Source of the DNA: Candidatus Helarchaeota ASGARD archaeon Hel_GB_B
Lineage (GTDB): Archaea; Asgardarchaeota; Lokiarchaeia; Helarchaeales; HEL-GB-B
NCBI GenBank assembly: GCA_005191425.1
Contig: SUPR01000005.1
Span: 30,001 to 62,000, forward strand
Reading direction: 5' to 3'
Length of the DNA stretch: 32,000 bases
Every line of letters begins with the position of its first letter. The first letter of the stretch is position 1. The notes under the pieces were generated by a model that had not been told where the DNA came from, did no database searches, and worked only from the letters and a program-made list of their open reading frames with translations. Below, one piece after another: positions 1 through 9,241 of this stretch. Made by a program: the position numbers and the translations under genes.

Positions 1-194
1 TGGTAATCAAATTGGTCTGAAGTTGGAGATTGTGCAAATAAAATTCCATCAGACCCAATAGAAAAATGTCTTTGACATAATTTTCTTGCTAATAAACTTT
101 TAGTCCTAAAATTATCTGGGAGTTTGTTTTCATCTATATTAATAATTATGTAATCATTTCCTAAACCATGATATTTATAAAAATGGATGTCCAC
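1..194 (-). CDS. dapF: Diaminopimelate epimerase, N-terminal part (runs off the window edge)
   Basis: Manual translation from GTG at 194: MDIHFYKYHGLGNDYIIINIDENKLPDNFRTKSLLARKLCQRHFSIGSDGILFAQ. It has the DapF N-terminal F-x-K-x-HG-x-GND motif and LC-x-R-x-F-x-IG-x-DG. GGAG lies upstream. Not in the ORF track. Confidence 0.9.
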   Translation of the reverse strand, partial: MDIHFYKYHGLGNDYIIINIDENKLPDNFRTKSLLARKLCQRHFSIGSDGILFAQSPTSDQFDY

Positions 195-261
195 GAACTT
201 ATCTCTCTCCAGATTTTAAACAAAATAAATAAAATAAGATAAATTAATTGATTGTAAAAAA

Positions 262-1407
262 TTATTCATTATATTCATGTTGGTCCTTTAAAAGTCGTTC
301 TGGAATGTTATCTTCTCCAATAATTTCAAGCGAATATCCTAGACCATATCTTGCTCCACCTACAACACTTTGCCAGCCAGCTTTTGCTATACTTCTAGCC
401 ACTCTTTCTGCAGACCTTTTCTCCACAAAACCAATGTTCTTTGTCCATGTCATTATCCATTTTTCTTTTGGTTTATCTAATGTTAAGAAGATACCATCAC
501 CTGAAACCTCTGGTACTGTAATAAATTCCTTACCATTATATTTTAAATAAATGATATCCATTTTGCCTTTAATCATTTTTTCAGTTGGTTTTAAGCCTTC
601 ATATTTTATTCTTAAATCTTCTAGTTCTTTATTATGTTGATCTTCTAGTTCTTCTATCCTTTTATTAAATTCTGTTTCAAGAGTTTTTTTCTGCTCTTCT
701 AATGCATTATTTTTCTCTTCTTCCAATTTCTTTTTTTCTGATTCAAAATCTTTTTCCATTTGACTAATTTTCTGGTTTAATTCAGATTTCTCATTTTCTA
801 AAGACTCAATTTTTTCATTCAAATCTTTTAATAGGTTCTCTTTTTCCTCTTGAAGGTTTTTTAAATCACTTTCCAGTTTAAAATTTTTATCTGACAAATT
901 ATTTATTTCTGCATTCAACTTTTTAATTTCAGACTCTGAACTTGTTTTTAGTTTGTTAATTTCAGACTCTGAATTTGTTTTTAGTTCGTTAATTTCTTTT
1001 TCTGCTCCATTTAACGATTCTTGTAATTGAGCTATCTGCTGATCTTTCTCATTAATTTCTACGTTTAAAGATTCTATCTGATTTTTATAATTATTCTCGA
1101 TATTTTTAAATTCTTCATTTGTTTTATCCATTTCTTCTTTTAACATTTTGTTAACATTTATATTTTCCTGGATTTCATTGTTTAACTTGTTTATTTCTTC
1201 TTTAAATTTATTTTTCAAATCATTTATTTCAGTATTTAATTTTGAAACCACATTATTAAGTTCATTTATTTTCCGTTTCTGAGATTCAATCTCACTTTTT
1301 TGAGATTGCACCGTATCTCTATAATTTAAAATAATTGTACCTTCAATTTTATATTGTTTCTCTGGTTTTTCTTTAATTTTTTCGAAATCAATGGACATAA
1401 AAATCAC
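262..1407 (-). CDS. Long coiled-coil protein with a C-terminal globular domain resembling the Asgard single-domain gelsolin (ProGel)
   Basis: Residues ~30-275 are a continuous E/K/N/L-rich coiled coil. The last ~100 aa are globular (GIFLTLD..KWIMTW...FVEKRSAERVARSIAKAGW...GARYGLGYSLEI), resembling my recollection of the ProGel core. The probable start is the ATG of MSIDFEK. Confidence 0.6.
   Translation of the reverse strand: MIFMSIDFEKIKEKPEKQYKIEGTIILNYRDTVQSQKSEIESQKRKINELNNVVSKLNTEINDLKNKFKEEINKLNNEIQENINVNKMLKEEMDKTNEEFKNIENNYKNQIESLNVEINEKDQQIAQLQESLNGAEKEINELKTNSESEINKLKTSSESEIKKLNAEINNLSDKNFKLESDLKNLQEEKENLLKDLNEKIESLENEKSELNQKISQMEKDFESEKKKLEEEKNNALEEQKKTLETEFNKRIEELEDQHNKELEDLRIKYEGLKPTEKMIKGKMDIIYLKYNGKEFITVPEVSGDGIFLTLDKPKEKWIMTWTKNIGFVEKRSAERVARSIAKAGWQSVVGGARYGLGYSLEIIGEDNIPERLLKDQHEYNE
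923..996. repeat. 33-bp tandem repeat (~2.2 copies) inside the coiled-coil gene
   Basis: The unit start ttaatttc recurs at 923, 956 and 989, and the first two copies continue as agactctgaa. It encodes EINELKTNSES / EINKLKTSSES / EIKKL. Confidence 0.9.
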
Positions 1408-1596
1408 TCTCTTTATATTTTAACAATCCATATCATATCTATACTTTTTATTATATTAAATTATAAATCATGAAAATAATGATTTAATGATAAATTGGTG
1501 TTTTTTTATTTTAATATTACTCATTAAAAATCTTATCAATACAAAAATATTTAAAAAAAATCGAAAAAATCAATTTTTGGTTAAAAAAATAGAAGA

Positions 1597-2172
1597 TTAA
1601 TAGGGTTCTTCTGGAATTAACGACCAAACGAATAGAACTGAGAGAACAACGCAAAGATAAATCCCTGGTATTCCCATTAAATCAACTAGAAAGAAATATG
1701 TACAAACTGCAAATATAGCGCTTAGTAATCCTATTGCAATATAGCCCCATATATTATTTTTTAATATTCTTGGATTTAAATGTTCAAATAGTTGCGCACC
1801 TATTCCAACACAGAATGCAATTAATAAAATGGGCGTTGAAGGTAAATATGCACTTGTCATGAAATAAATATAAAATAGATATGCAATAAATGCTGATATT
1901 GCTGCAAAAAATAGTCCCATACATGTAGCTCTATATAATCTATTTCTTGTTTTTACAAATATTGGCCAAATAAATGCTAAAATCCAAATTGTAATTAGAG
2001 TTGATGTATAGAGTCCTGTATTTATAAAACCCAGTCTATTCAATTCAATAAAAGCAACTACTACTACTCCAATTACTATACCTACTAATATTAATTGGAA
2101 TTGCCATCTAAACCGATATCCTTTTTCTATATCCTTTAAAAGAGCTTCTCCTTCTTCATCAATATCTGCCAA
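1597..2172 (-). CDS. Hypothetical polytopic membrane protein (~6 TM helices)
   Basis: 191 aa with about six hydrophobic stretches. TTG start preceded by GAGGTGA. Confidence 0.75.
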   Translation of the reverse strand: MADIDEEGEALLKDIEKGYRFRWQFQLILVGIVIGVVVVAFIELNRLGFINTGLYTSTLITIWILAFIWPIFVKTRNRLYRATCMGLFFAAISAFIAYLFYIYFMTSAYLPSTPILLIAFCVGIGAQLFEHLNPRILKNNIWGYIAIGLLSAIFAVCTYFFLVDLMGIPGIYLCVVLSVLFVWSLIPEEPY

Positions 2173-2191
2173 TTTATATCACCTCTTTATA

Positions 2192-3190
2192 TTATGCTGG
2201 TACCATTGCAGATCCACGACTACGCCAAAGCATTAATGTTTTAGCATTTCGTTTTCTCCATCCAAGGCTCTTAAGCTGTAATGACCTTAATACGAAAAAC
2301 ATTTCTCGAGGATATGGCATATTCTTGAACACCTTTATTTTTGATTTTGATATTGATTTTGCTTTTCCCTTGCTTTTTCCTGTTAATTCAGTTGGTTCTC
2401 TGATAGTAGAACTTGAAATACGGATATTTCCTACAGGAATTGGGAGAAAATAATTCAAGAATTTTTGAGTACCACTTATATCTATATCAATATTTCGTAT
2501 ACCACCTCGCATTATTCTCCCTGATAATTCATCTGAATAACTTACATCATATGAAATACCTGATAAAGCTCCTACTACCACTTGAAACCTTTCTCTACCC
2601 CAAATCTTAACAAGATCATCTGAAATGTCCGATAATATAAGGCCTATCATGATAATATATAATAAAATTGCTCCAATATCCAAGTCCGATGGTACATGTC
2701 CAGTAGCAGACTGAATCAAACTAATTAACCATCCTTTTGACTCAGGAACAAAAAATACTACCATTGCAAAGATTGCAGCCCCTACAAAAAACCCATAAAT
2801 TAAAAAGAATTCTATATGTGATAAAAACGGGTTCTGATAAGCTGCATATAAGAGATTATCATCTTTAGTTAATCTACTAGCTCGGATCATATCTTTTTCA
2901 GATAGAAAGACAAGCGGGTCATTTAATCTATACCAAGCACCTCTTCTAATAAGTACGCCTGATTTTGTTAATTGATTAAGGGAATTCATTATTGCTGGCT
3001 CTGGTAAGTCAACTTTCTTTTGTAAATCGGCTAATTTAAAGCCACGTTCATCTAAAAAACTTGTTACAATCACGTCCACTACTTCATTAATCCCTTTAAC
3101 ATTTTGTTTAAACCATATTATAAGAAACCCAATAATAAAAGCAATGATGGGTACTATTAAAAGAAGTCCTTCAATTACCAAGTTTGACAT
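2192..3190 (-). CDS. Membrane protein: N-terminal TM, winged-helix-like domain, two TM helices, C-terminal PH-like soluble domain
   Basis: An N-terminal hydrophobic helix is followed by FKLADLQKKVDLPEPAIMNSLNQLTKSGVLIRRGAWYRL (wHTH pattern). Two TM helices come next, then a beta-rich region (IDISGTQKFLNYFLPIPVGNIRISS...FKNMPYP) similar to bacterial-type PH domains. GGAG lies upstream. Confidence 0.6.
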   Translation of the reverse strand: MSNLVIEGLLLIVPIIAFIIGFLIIWFKQNVKGINEVVDVIVTSFLDERGFKLADLQKKVDLPEPAIMNSLNQLTKSGVLIRRGAWYRLNDPLVFLSEKDMIRASRLTKDDNLLYAAYQNPFLSHIEFFLIYGFFVGAAIFAMVVFFVPESKGWLISLIQSATGHVPSDLDIGAILLYIIMIGLILSDISDDLVKIWGRERFQVVVGALSGISYDVSYSDELSGRIMRGGIRNIDIDISGTQKFLNYFLPIPVGNIRISSSTIREPTELTGKSKGKAKSISKSKIKVFKNMPYPREMFFVLRSLQLKSLGWRKRNAKTLMLWRSRGSAMVPA

Positions 3191-3457
3191 CGTAATTATT
3201 GCTCCTTAAATCTTTATATCAAATCATTATTTATTAGATATTTTTATTATTAAAATCCCTTTTTTAAAAATTATTTGCTTTTATATATTTTATTACGTTT
3301 TAATAGAAATTTAATTATTTAAAAAAATTCCTAATTTTTAGTAATGTATTTAATTAGAAACGACAAAAATAAAATTAATAAAAGATGGTATTTTTAACTT
3401 AATATTGATTACACAATAATCTTTTTTAAAATTTCATATATTAATGGTGTAATAAAA

Positions 3458-4150
3458 ATGAACCTCTATGATTTGTATGTCATTTACAAAGGTGGGCAGA
3501 CTATATATCATAAAAGATTTGGGGTTGTCCAAATAGACCAAGATTTAATAACGGCATTTTTAACTGCTATTGACAATTTTAGTAAAGAAGTACTCCCATC
3601 TTCTGAGCCACTTAAAGTCATTGAAAAAGGTGACTCAAAAGTATTAATGGCATATAGCCCTGATTTAGTTCTCGCATTGGTCTGCAATACAAAAAATAGC
3701 GAAGAGATGGAAGAACTTAGGACAACATTAGAAAAAATTCTTTATGAAATCTTACAAACATATGCTGAATTCTTGAAGACATGGCGTGGCAATTTAAGAG
3801 AATTAGAGGGCATTGGAGAAATAATTGAAGCAAATGTCCAAGATTTATTGAAAAAAACACCACCACCTCCGTTAATGACGCTTATTGAAAGTCCTGATAA
3901 CTTTTATTTTAATACTGATGATAGAGGTATTAATCTATATAATACTTTATTGAGAGACTCTAAAGGATTTGGGATGTTTATAAACAAATTACATGTCCCT
4001 ATTGAATATTGTGATATGATCTTGAATGAAATTCACCCTTATAAGAAAAATGCTACCCAGATTGCAGACTCAATTGGAATTGATACTAATATTATAATGG
4101 CAATTTTGCGGACATTCAGAATAAGAGGTATTGTGAATATTTGGATGTAA
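3458..4150 (+). CDS. Longin-like domain protein with C-terminal winged helix
   Basis: The N-terminus LYDLYVIYKGGQTIYHKRF..IDQDLITAFLTAIDNFSKE and the later FLKTWRGNL are the typical Asgard longin pattern. The C-terminus KNATQIADSIGIDTNIIMAILRTFRIRGIV is HTH-like. Confidence 0.7.
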   Translation: MNLYDLYVIYKGGQTIYHKRFGVVQIDQDLITAFLTAIDNFSKEVLPSSEPLKVIEKGDSKVLMAYSPDLVLALVCNTKNSEEMEELRTTLEKILYEILQTYAEFLKTWRGNLRELEGIGEIIEANVQDLLKKTPPPPLMTLIESPDNFYFNTDDRGINLYNTLLRDSKGFGMFINKLHVPIEYCDMILNEIHPYKKNATQIADSIGIDTNIIMAILRTFRIRGIVNIWM

Positions 4151-4405
4151 TACAAATTTGTTTTTGTGATTTTTGTGTATTTATATATCAAATCTCCTTT
4201 TTTATTTTCTTTTTTCATTATTTTGAGACTTTTATGTGAAATTAAATTTAAAAAATCTGTAATTTGATAATAATTTTTGAAAATTTATTACTCTTTAATG
4301 TAATTATCCAATTTCTATCTGTAAAATTAGCCAAGATACAATTTAATGGAACTAAAAAATAGAGAAATGATTTTTTTTTACTTTAAGATTAAAATAGGTC
4401 ATTCT

Positions 4406-4618
4406 TTATGTTTCAGACATTATTAATGCAATTTTTCTTACAACTGCGGCTAATACTCCTCCTATTGCAATGACTGCGACCCCTGCTATCATACCAAAAA
4501 TATTTAAATTGATTGCTTCATGACCAATCATATATCCTCCAATGAAAAAAATCATTCCCATAATAAATGCTATCATATTTCTTATTGATTTTAAATGCTT
4601 TTTAATATTTTCGTCCAA
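4406..4618 (-). CDS. Small two-TM membrane protein
   Basis: 70 aa with two hydrophobic helices. TTG start with GGTGG upstream. Confidence 0.7.
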   Translation of the reverse strand: MDENIKKHLKSIRNMIAFIMGMIFFIGGYMIGHEAINLNIFGMIAGVAVIAIGGVLAAVVRKIALIMSET

Positions 4619-5450
4619 TATTAGTCCACCTTTTTTAATTTTTCAAATTAAACCAAATTAACAAATTTCTTTTGCATAGAAAAAATTTTGCTAATATATT
4701 GTTTTCATTATTTTATATGAATTTAAATTAAAATTTTGTATAATATTCAGTTTGTTTAATTTTTAATTTATTCTCTTAATGTTCCATTTTTTTAAAAAAG
4801 ATTAAAATTTTGATCGTAAATGTATTTTTTTATATTTTTTCCAACTTTTTAGATTGATTACAATCAGTCTTATTACTGACCTATTTTTTTTAGTATAAGA
4901 CTTGTATCTTGAATTTTTTTATATTTGAAAATACAATATTAAGAAAAAAAGCAATTTCTATGACCTTTTTAAAAGGTATGTGATAAGCTCTTAAATTTAA
5001 CGGCTTTTTCATTATTGGAGACTTTTTTTAATTATTTTAGATTAAGTATTAGTAAATTTGTATATTATGTAATTAAATTCTAATATTATTAGACTTATAG
5101 TTTCTATAAAAAATCTTCTTAAGACTTAATTTGGATTTTAGTCTGTAAATTTTTTCAAAATAATATCTCTGATTAAAATTCTCGTATAAAATTGAATGGA
5201 ATATTTATTTTTAATATGTATTTTAATTTTTCTTATTAAAAAAATCCAAGTAATTTAGTGATTTAATATATATATAGAAGTTATATAGAAGTTTTGTTAG
5301 ATAATTATAAAAATGTAATAAAGAAAGTAATAAAAATTTAAAAATTGAAAATATTTCATTAATATTAAGGGAATTCAAATTCTAATATAGAATATCAATT
5401 CATTTGTAAAATTCCAATAAAAAGACGGATTTCATTAAATTCAATTAAAA

Positions 5451-6479
5451 ATGATAAGAATGGAAGATTTTGATATATTTGCTGTATCGCAAGGTTTAAA
5501 ATGGTTGATGAGGACATTTTTCAAACAAATGGCAATGAAAGAGGGATTAAATAAATTATTGAATGAAGGAAAATCTTTCGTACAAATAGTAGAAGCACAA
5601 GGTTATAAAAATTTAAGGCTAGCAGAAGCATTTATATCTTTTTTGGAGTCTGAAAACATTTTAATGAAGGATGGTGGAAAATTCAAATGGATTGATAGAC
5701 CTGAAAAAGTAAAAGGAAAAATAGTATTAGAAGAAGAGGCTAGAGCCCAAAAAATGGTCCAAGAAAAGGCACTTCCTTTATTTGGAATTTTAAATAATTA
5801 TATTCAACAATTACCTGATGTTTTAAGAGGTCAAGATACTCATAGAGCTCCTGAATTAGTAATATGGGACGCTTTATCTGAAACTGAGTTTTACAATTAT
5901 TTAAGATATCAAGCAATTATGATTGGGGAACTCCCTAAAAATTCAATTTTATTGGATATTGGGTGTAAAACAGGTTGGTCTACCATCAACCTCATTGAAT
6001 ATTTAGACCCAGTTAAAGTTTATGCTTTAGAAGCAGATGAAAATATGATCGACTTAGCTTATGAAAATTGTTTAGCCAAGGGGTTCTCAGAGAAAGTAGA
6101 ATTTATTCCTATTGACTTTTTGGACGAAAGTAAATTTCTTGATTTAAACATTAGAGCTGATGGCGGTTTTTTTAATTTATTTTTTAACAACTATACTGAT
6201 GATCAAATGGCTGATATTTTATATAATATTAGAAATCTTCTTAAAACAAATGCCAAAATTGCAGGATTACAGCCAATTAAAGATTCAGATGCTATAACTC
6301 CTGCTGAATTATTATTATTTGCTGATAAAACTTTTTTAGGTTATCCTGAGTACACTGCATTTAAAAATTCATTTGTTAGAGCAGGATTTACTCCACCTAA
6401 AATTGAAAGTAGCATGTATTTTTCTACTACTTTTGAAATGGAGGTCGAAAAGGAACCTAAATTAGGTAAAGGAAAATAA
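5451..6479 (+). CDS. Class I SAM-dependent methyltransferase with N-terminal helical/wHTH dimerisation-like region
   Basis: Motif I LLDIGCKTGW, motif II VYALEAD, and VEFIPIDF; Rossmann-like C-terminal half. Substrate unknown. Confidence 0.85.
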   Translation: MIRMEDFDIFAVSQGLKWLMRTFFKQMAMKEGLNKLLNEGKSFVQIVEAQGYKNLRLAEAFISFLESENILMKDGGKFKWIDRPEKVKGKIVLEEEARAQKMVQEKALPLFGILNNYIQQLPDVLRGQDTHRAPELVIWDALSETEFYNYLRYQAIMIGELPKNSILLDIGCKTGWSTINLIEYLDPVKVYALEADENMIDLAYENCLAKGFSEKVEFIPIDFLDESKFLDLNIRADGGFFNLFFNNYTDDQMADILYNIRNLLKTNAKIAGLQPIKDSDAITPAELLLFADKTFLGYPEYTAFKNSFVRAGFTPPKIESSMYFSTTFEMEVEKEPKLGKGK

Positions 6480-6533
6480 AATAAAAAGTAGAAAATTAAA
6501 TATTATAAACATAGCTTTAGAAGGTAGATTTAA

Positions 6534-7562
6534 ATTAACTCAATTTTTGAGAAAATTCCTGAACCTCTTCTTTACAATGTCCTTGAAAGATATATTAAAT
6601 TTAATTCAAAAGCAAGATATTTTTTTAGTTCGGGAGAATTAGAAAGTATAAAAAAGGCTAAAAAGGTTTTTGAGAATAATGATTTAGCTAAATATAAGGA
6701 AGACTTGCTTAATGAATATATTAAAGAAGGTTGGAGTAATATTGAAGAATTTGATATTAATAATTGTCCCATAATATTTCTTAAAAGGGGTTCAGATAAA
6801 CTTATTTTAATACTTGCAACAATGGACAATAAAACTTATTTATATTCTCAATTATACCTAAAAGAAGAAAATAAAGATAAAGTGAAACTAAATTTAATTG
6901 AAAACTCTCAGGTCTCTATTAATTTAGGCGATATTTTAGACCATTTATATGCCCTTTATGTTTTTTATTTCAATGGTACTACTATTTTTGAATATCAATT
7001 TAAAGAACAGAAAATCGATAGCGACCTATTCACGAGTATTCTCTCAGCAATTAGTGATGTTTTAAAAGAAGCAACAGGTAATTTAAGTAATATTAAAGAA
7101 ATTTCTCAAGAAAATTTATATATTATTTTTGAACATGAAAAACTTTTTTCTACTATTTTATTGTGTGATATAAATATTCCCAATATCCGTATTATCCTTA
7201 AAGAATTTAATAACACTTTTTTAAGAAATTTTAACGAATATTTAAAAAATTGGACTGGTGAAGTTAGTAAATTTAAAAATACAATAAATATTATCAATGA
7301 TATTTTCAAAGTTGATAAATTAAAAGATAAACTAAATAAAATTAATATCGCAACCGACAAAACGAATAATTTGGAACAAACAAATTATATAAATAGTCCA
7401 AAAGATTCAGAAAATAATAATATAACAGAGAAAACATTTTATTATTATTGTGAATCATGCAAACAGTGGTATAAAGTAAATTTTGAAGGTGTTTATTCTT
7501 GTTTATATTGTGGAAATATTTTAATTAATAAAACAGATTTTGTTTTAAAATATAAACAGTAA
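6534..7562 (+). CDS. Longin-like domain protein with C-terminal Zn ribbon (start uncertain: ATT 6534 or TTG 6705)
   Basis: Central LYALYVFYFNGTTIFEYQF..IDSDLFTSILSAISDVLKE...YLKNWTGEVSKF is a longin pattern. The C-terminus has CESC-x13-CLYC. The frame is open upstream of the track's TTG back to ATT at 6534. Confidence 0.7.
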   Translation: MNSIFEKIPEPLLYNVLERYIKFNSKARYFFSSGELESIKKAKKVFENNDLAKYKEDLLNEYIKEGWSNIEEFDINNCPIIFLKRGSDKLILILATMDNKTYLYSQLYLKEENKDKVKLNLIENSQVSINLGDILDHLYALYVFYFNGTTIFEYQFKEQKIDSDLFTSILSAISDVLKEATGNLSNIKEISQENLYIIFEHEKLFSTILLCDINIPNIRIILKEFNNTFLRNFNEYLKNWTGEVSKFKNTINIINDIFKVDKLKDKLNKINIATDKTNNLEQTNYINSPKDSENNNITEKTFYYYCESCKQWYKVNFEGVYSCLYCGNILINKTDFVLKYKQ

Positions 7563-7581
7563 TAATTATAAGGAATATACA

Positions 7582-8394
7582 ATGAAATTCTGCTTTTATA
7601 AATCTAATTACAAGATATCTTATGATAAATCCATAATAAATGATTACAAATTTAAAAATATTAGAATTGAACTAAAGTACCTTTTATGTGGTCCACCTGC
7701 TTCTCCAGAAGAAGGTATTTATTATAGAATTCTTACCTCAAAAAAAAGAAGGTCAATTTGTATCCAAAATATCTTTTTTTATAAAATTCAACGTTTTCCT
7801 TTTCATATTCACGATTATCATCCTTTTTATATATATTTAGACCTAAATAGACGGGTTAAGTTTATTTTAATAGACGATGGACACCATTTTTCAAAAAAAA
7901 TATCTATCCCACAAAATTCTAAAATAAAAAAAGTAACTATAACGGTTTTTCTTCCAGACCACGGATTAACTAATAAATTAAGCAAATTTGGGAAAATTTT
8001 TAAACCTAAACTAATCCCACTAATGCATCAAAAAATTTTAGAGTGGTGGACATACGATAATATGGCGCAACTCAAACTAAGGACAAAATTAATAGATCCT
8101 TGGGCAGATGGTTTAATTCCAGACAAAGCTATGGAAAATGACTCAATATTAAACAGAATAAATTATATTTTACCTATGAAAATACTACCAAAATCTGAAA
8201 ATAATTTGTTTTACTCATTTAGAGATGAAGCGTTATGTCCAATTTGTAATAAAATATACTTATTAGATTTAATGCATGTTCATAGAAATAGTTCTGTTAA
8301 TAAATATTACTTAATTAAAAAACAGAAATGTATAAATGGGCATGAATTTACAATAAAGTACGATTTTGAAACTGGGAAAATAAAATCGTATTAA
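7582..8394 (+). CDS. Hypothetical protein with His/Asp clusters and a C-terminal Zn-finger-like motif
   Basis: 270-aa ORF containing HIHDYHP, DDGHH and DHG, plus CPIC...CINGH at the C-terminus. No family recognised. Confidence 0.6.
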   Translation: MKFCFYKSNYKISYDKSIINDYKFKNIRIELKYLLCGPPASPEEGIYYRILTSKKRRSICIQNIFFYKIQRFPFHIHDYHPFYIYLDLNRRVKFILIDDGHHFSKKISIPQNSKIKKVTITVFLPDHGLTNKLSKFGKIFKPKLIPLMHQKILEWWTYDNMAQLKLRTKLIDPWADGLIPDKAMENDSILNRINYILPMKILPKSENNLFYSFRDEALCPICNKIYLLDLMHVHRNSSVNKYYLIKKQKCINGHEFTIKYDFETGKIKSY

Positions 8395-9227
8395 AAATTT
8401 CGTTCAAAGTCTTTAATTTTTTTATATTTATAATTTAATGATTCTATAAAAGGTATTATTTTTTTTCTTTGGATCGAATTTGTACCTTTCCAATCAAAAA
8501 CAAAAGCTTCAATTGGTTCTTTAGATTTTTTTATACATTCAGAAATCATTTTTTTACTAAGGGAATCAATAAAATATTTCGGGATTATATGGGAAACTGT
8601 AAAATTTATGTCTGGATTACCAACAACTTTAGAGAATTTTTGAGCATAATGCGGACCACCTATTCCAATATAATTTTTATAGACCTTTTTTGATTCTGCT
8701 ACTTTAATAATTGCATAAGAAACAGCTAAAGCGCCTTTAGCATTTTTCCATTCCTTTGGTGTGCTACCTAATTCAATGAAAACTAATGGAGTGTCTAATT
8801 GTGTTGGCCCATGATGTGTAACTTCTAAGCTAACATCAAAATCATCCAATTCTAACTGTTCCTTTTGATTTTTTAATTCAATTAATGCTGTTTTCATAGC
8901 TGACCCTGAAGAGAATGCTATTTCATTTGGTCTTCCCCCATAATCAGCATTATCACCCCAATTACCAGTGCAATGTACTAATAGTGATGGTCTACCAGAC
9001 TCTGATTTATGCTGACTTCCGAAAATAAGTAAATCACTTCTTAAAATATCTAAATGGTCGCAATAAAGTAATTCTCTATTTGTTGTAATTAATCTTATTT
9101 CATTCTTTGTCCAAATATCGTTTCCCTCAAATTTTTTATTAATCTTTTTAAAACCGAAATTTTCAGTTAATTGTTTAAAAATAGATTGTCCTGCTAAATC
9201 TTTAGAGGAAATAATTATATCTGGCAT
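8391..9227 (-). CDS. dtdA: D-aminoacyl-tRNA deacylase (archaeal DTD2/GEK1 type)
   Basis: Motifs SQHKSESGRPSLLVHCTGN, LEVTHHGPT, FIELGSTPKEW and GIGGPHYA. Sits next to ftsY as is common in archaea. Confidence 0.93.
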   Translation of the reverse strand: MPDIIISSKDLAGQSIFKQLTENFGFKKINKKFEGNDIWTKNEIRLITTNRELLYCDHLDILRSDLLIFGSQHKSESGRPSLLVHCTGNWGDNADYGGRPNEIAFSSGSAMKTALIELKNQKEQLELDDFDVSLEVTHHGPTQLDTPLVFIELGSTPKEWKNAKGALAVSYAIIKVAESKKVYKNYIGIGGPHYAQKFSKVVGNPDINFTVSHIIPKYFIDSLSKKMISECIKKSKEPIEAFVFDWKGTNSIQRKKIIPFIESLNYKYKKIKDFERNF

Positions 9228-9241
9228 AAATTATTCCTTTT

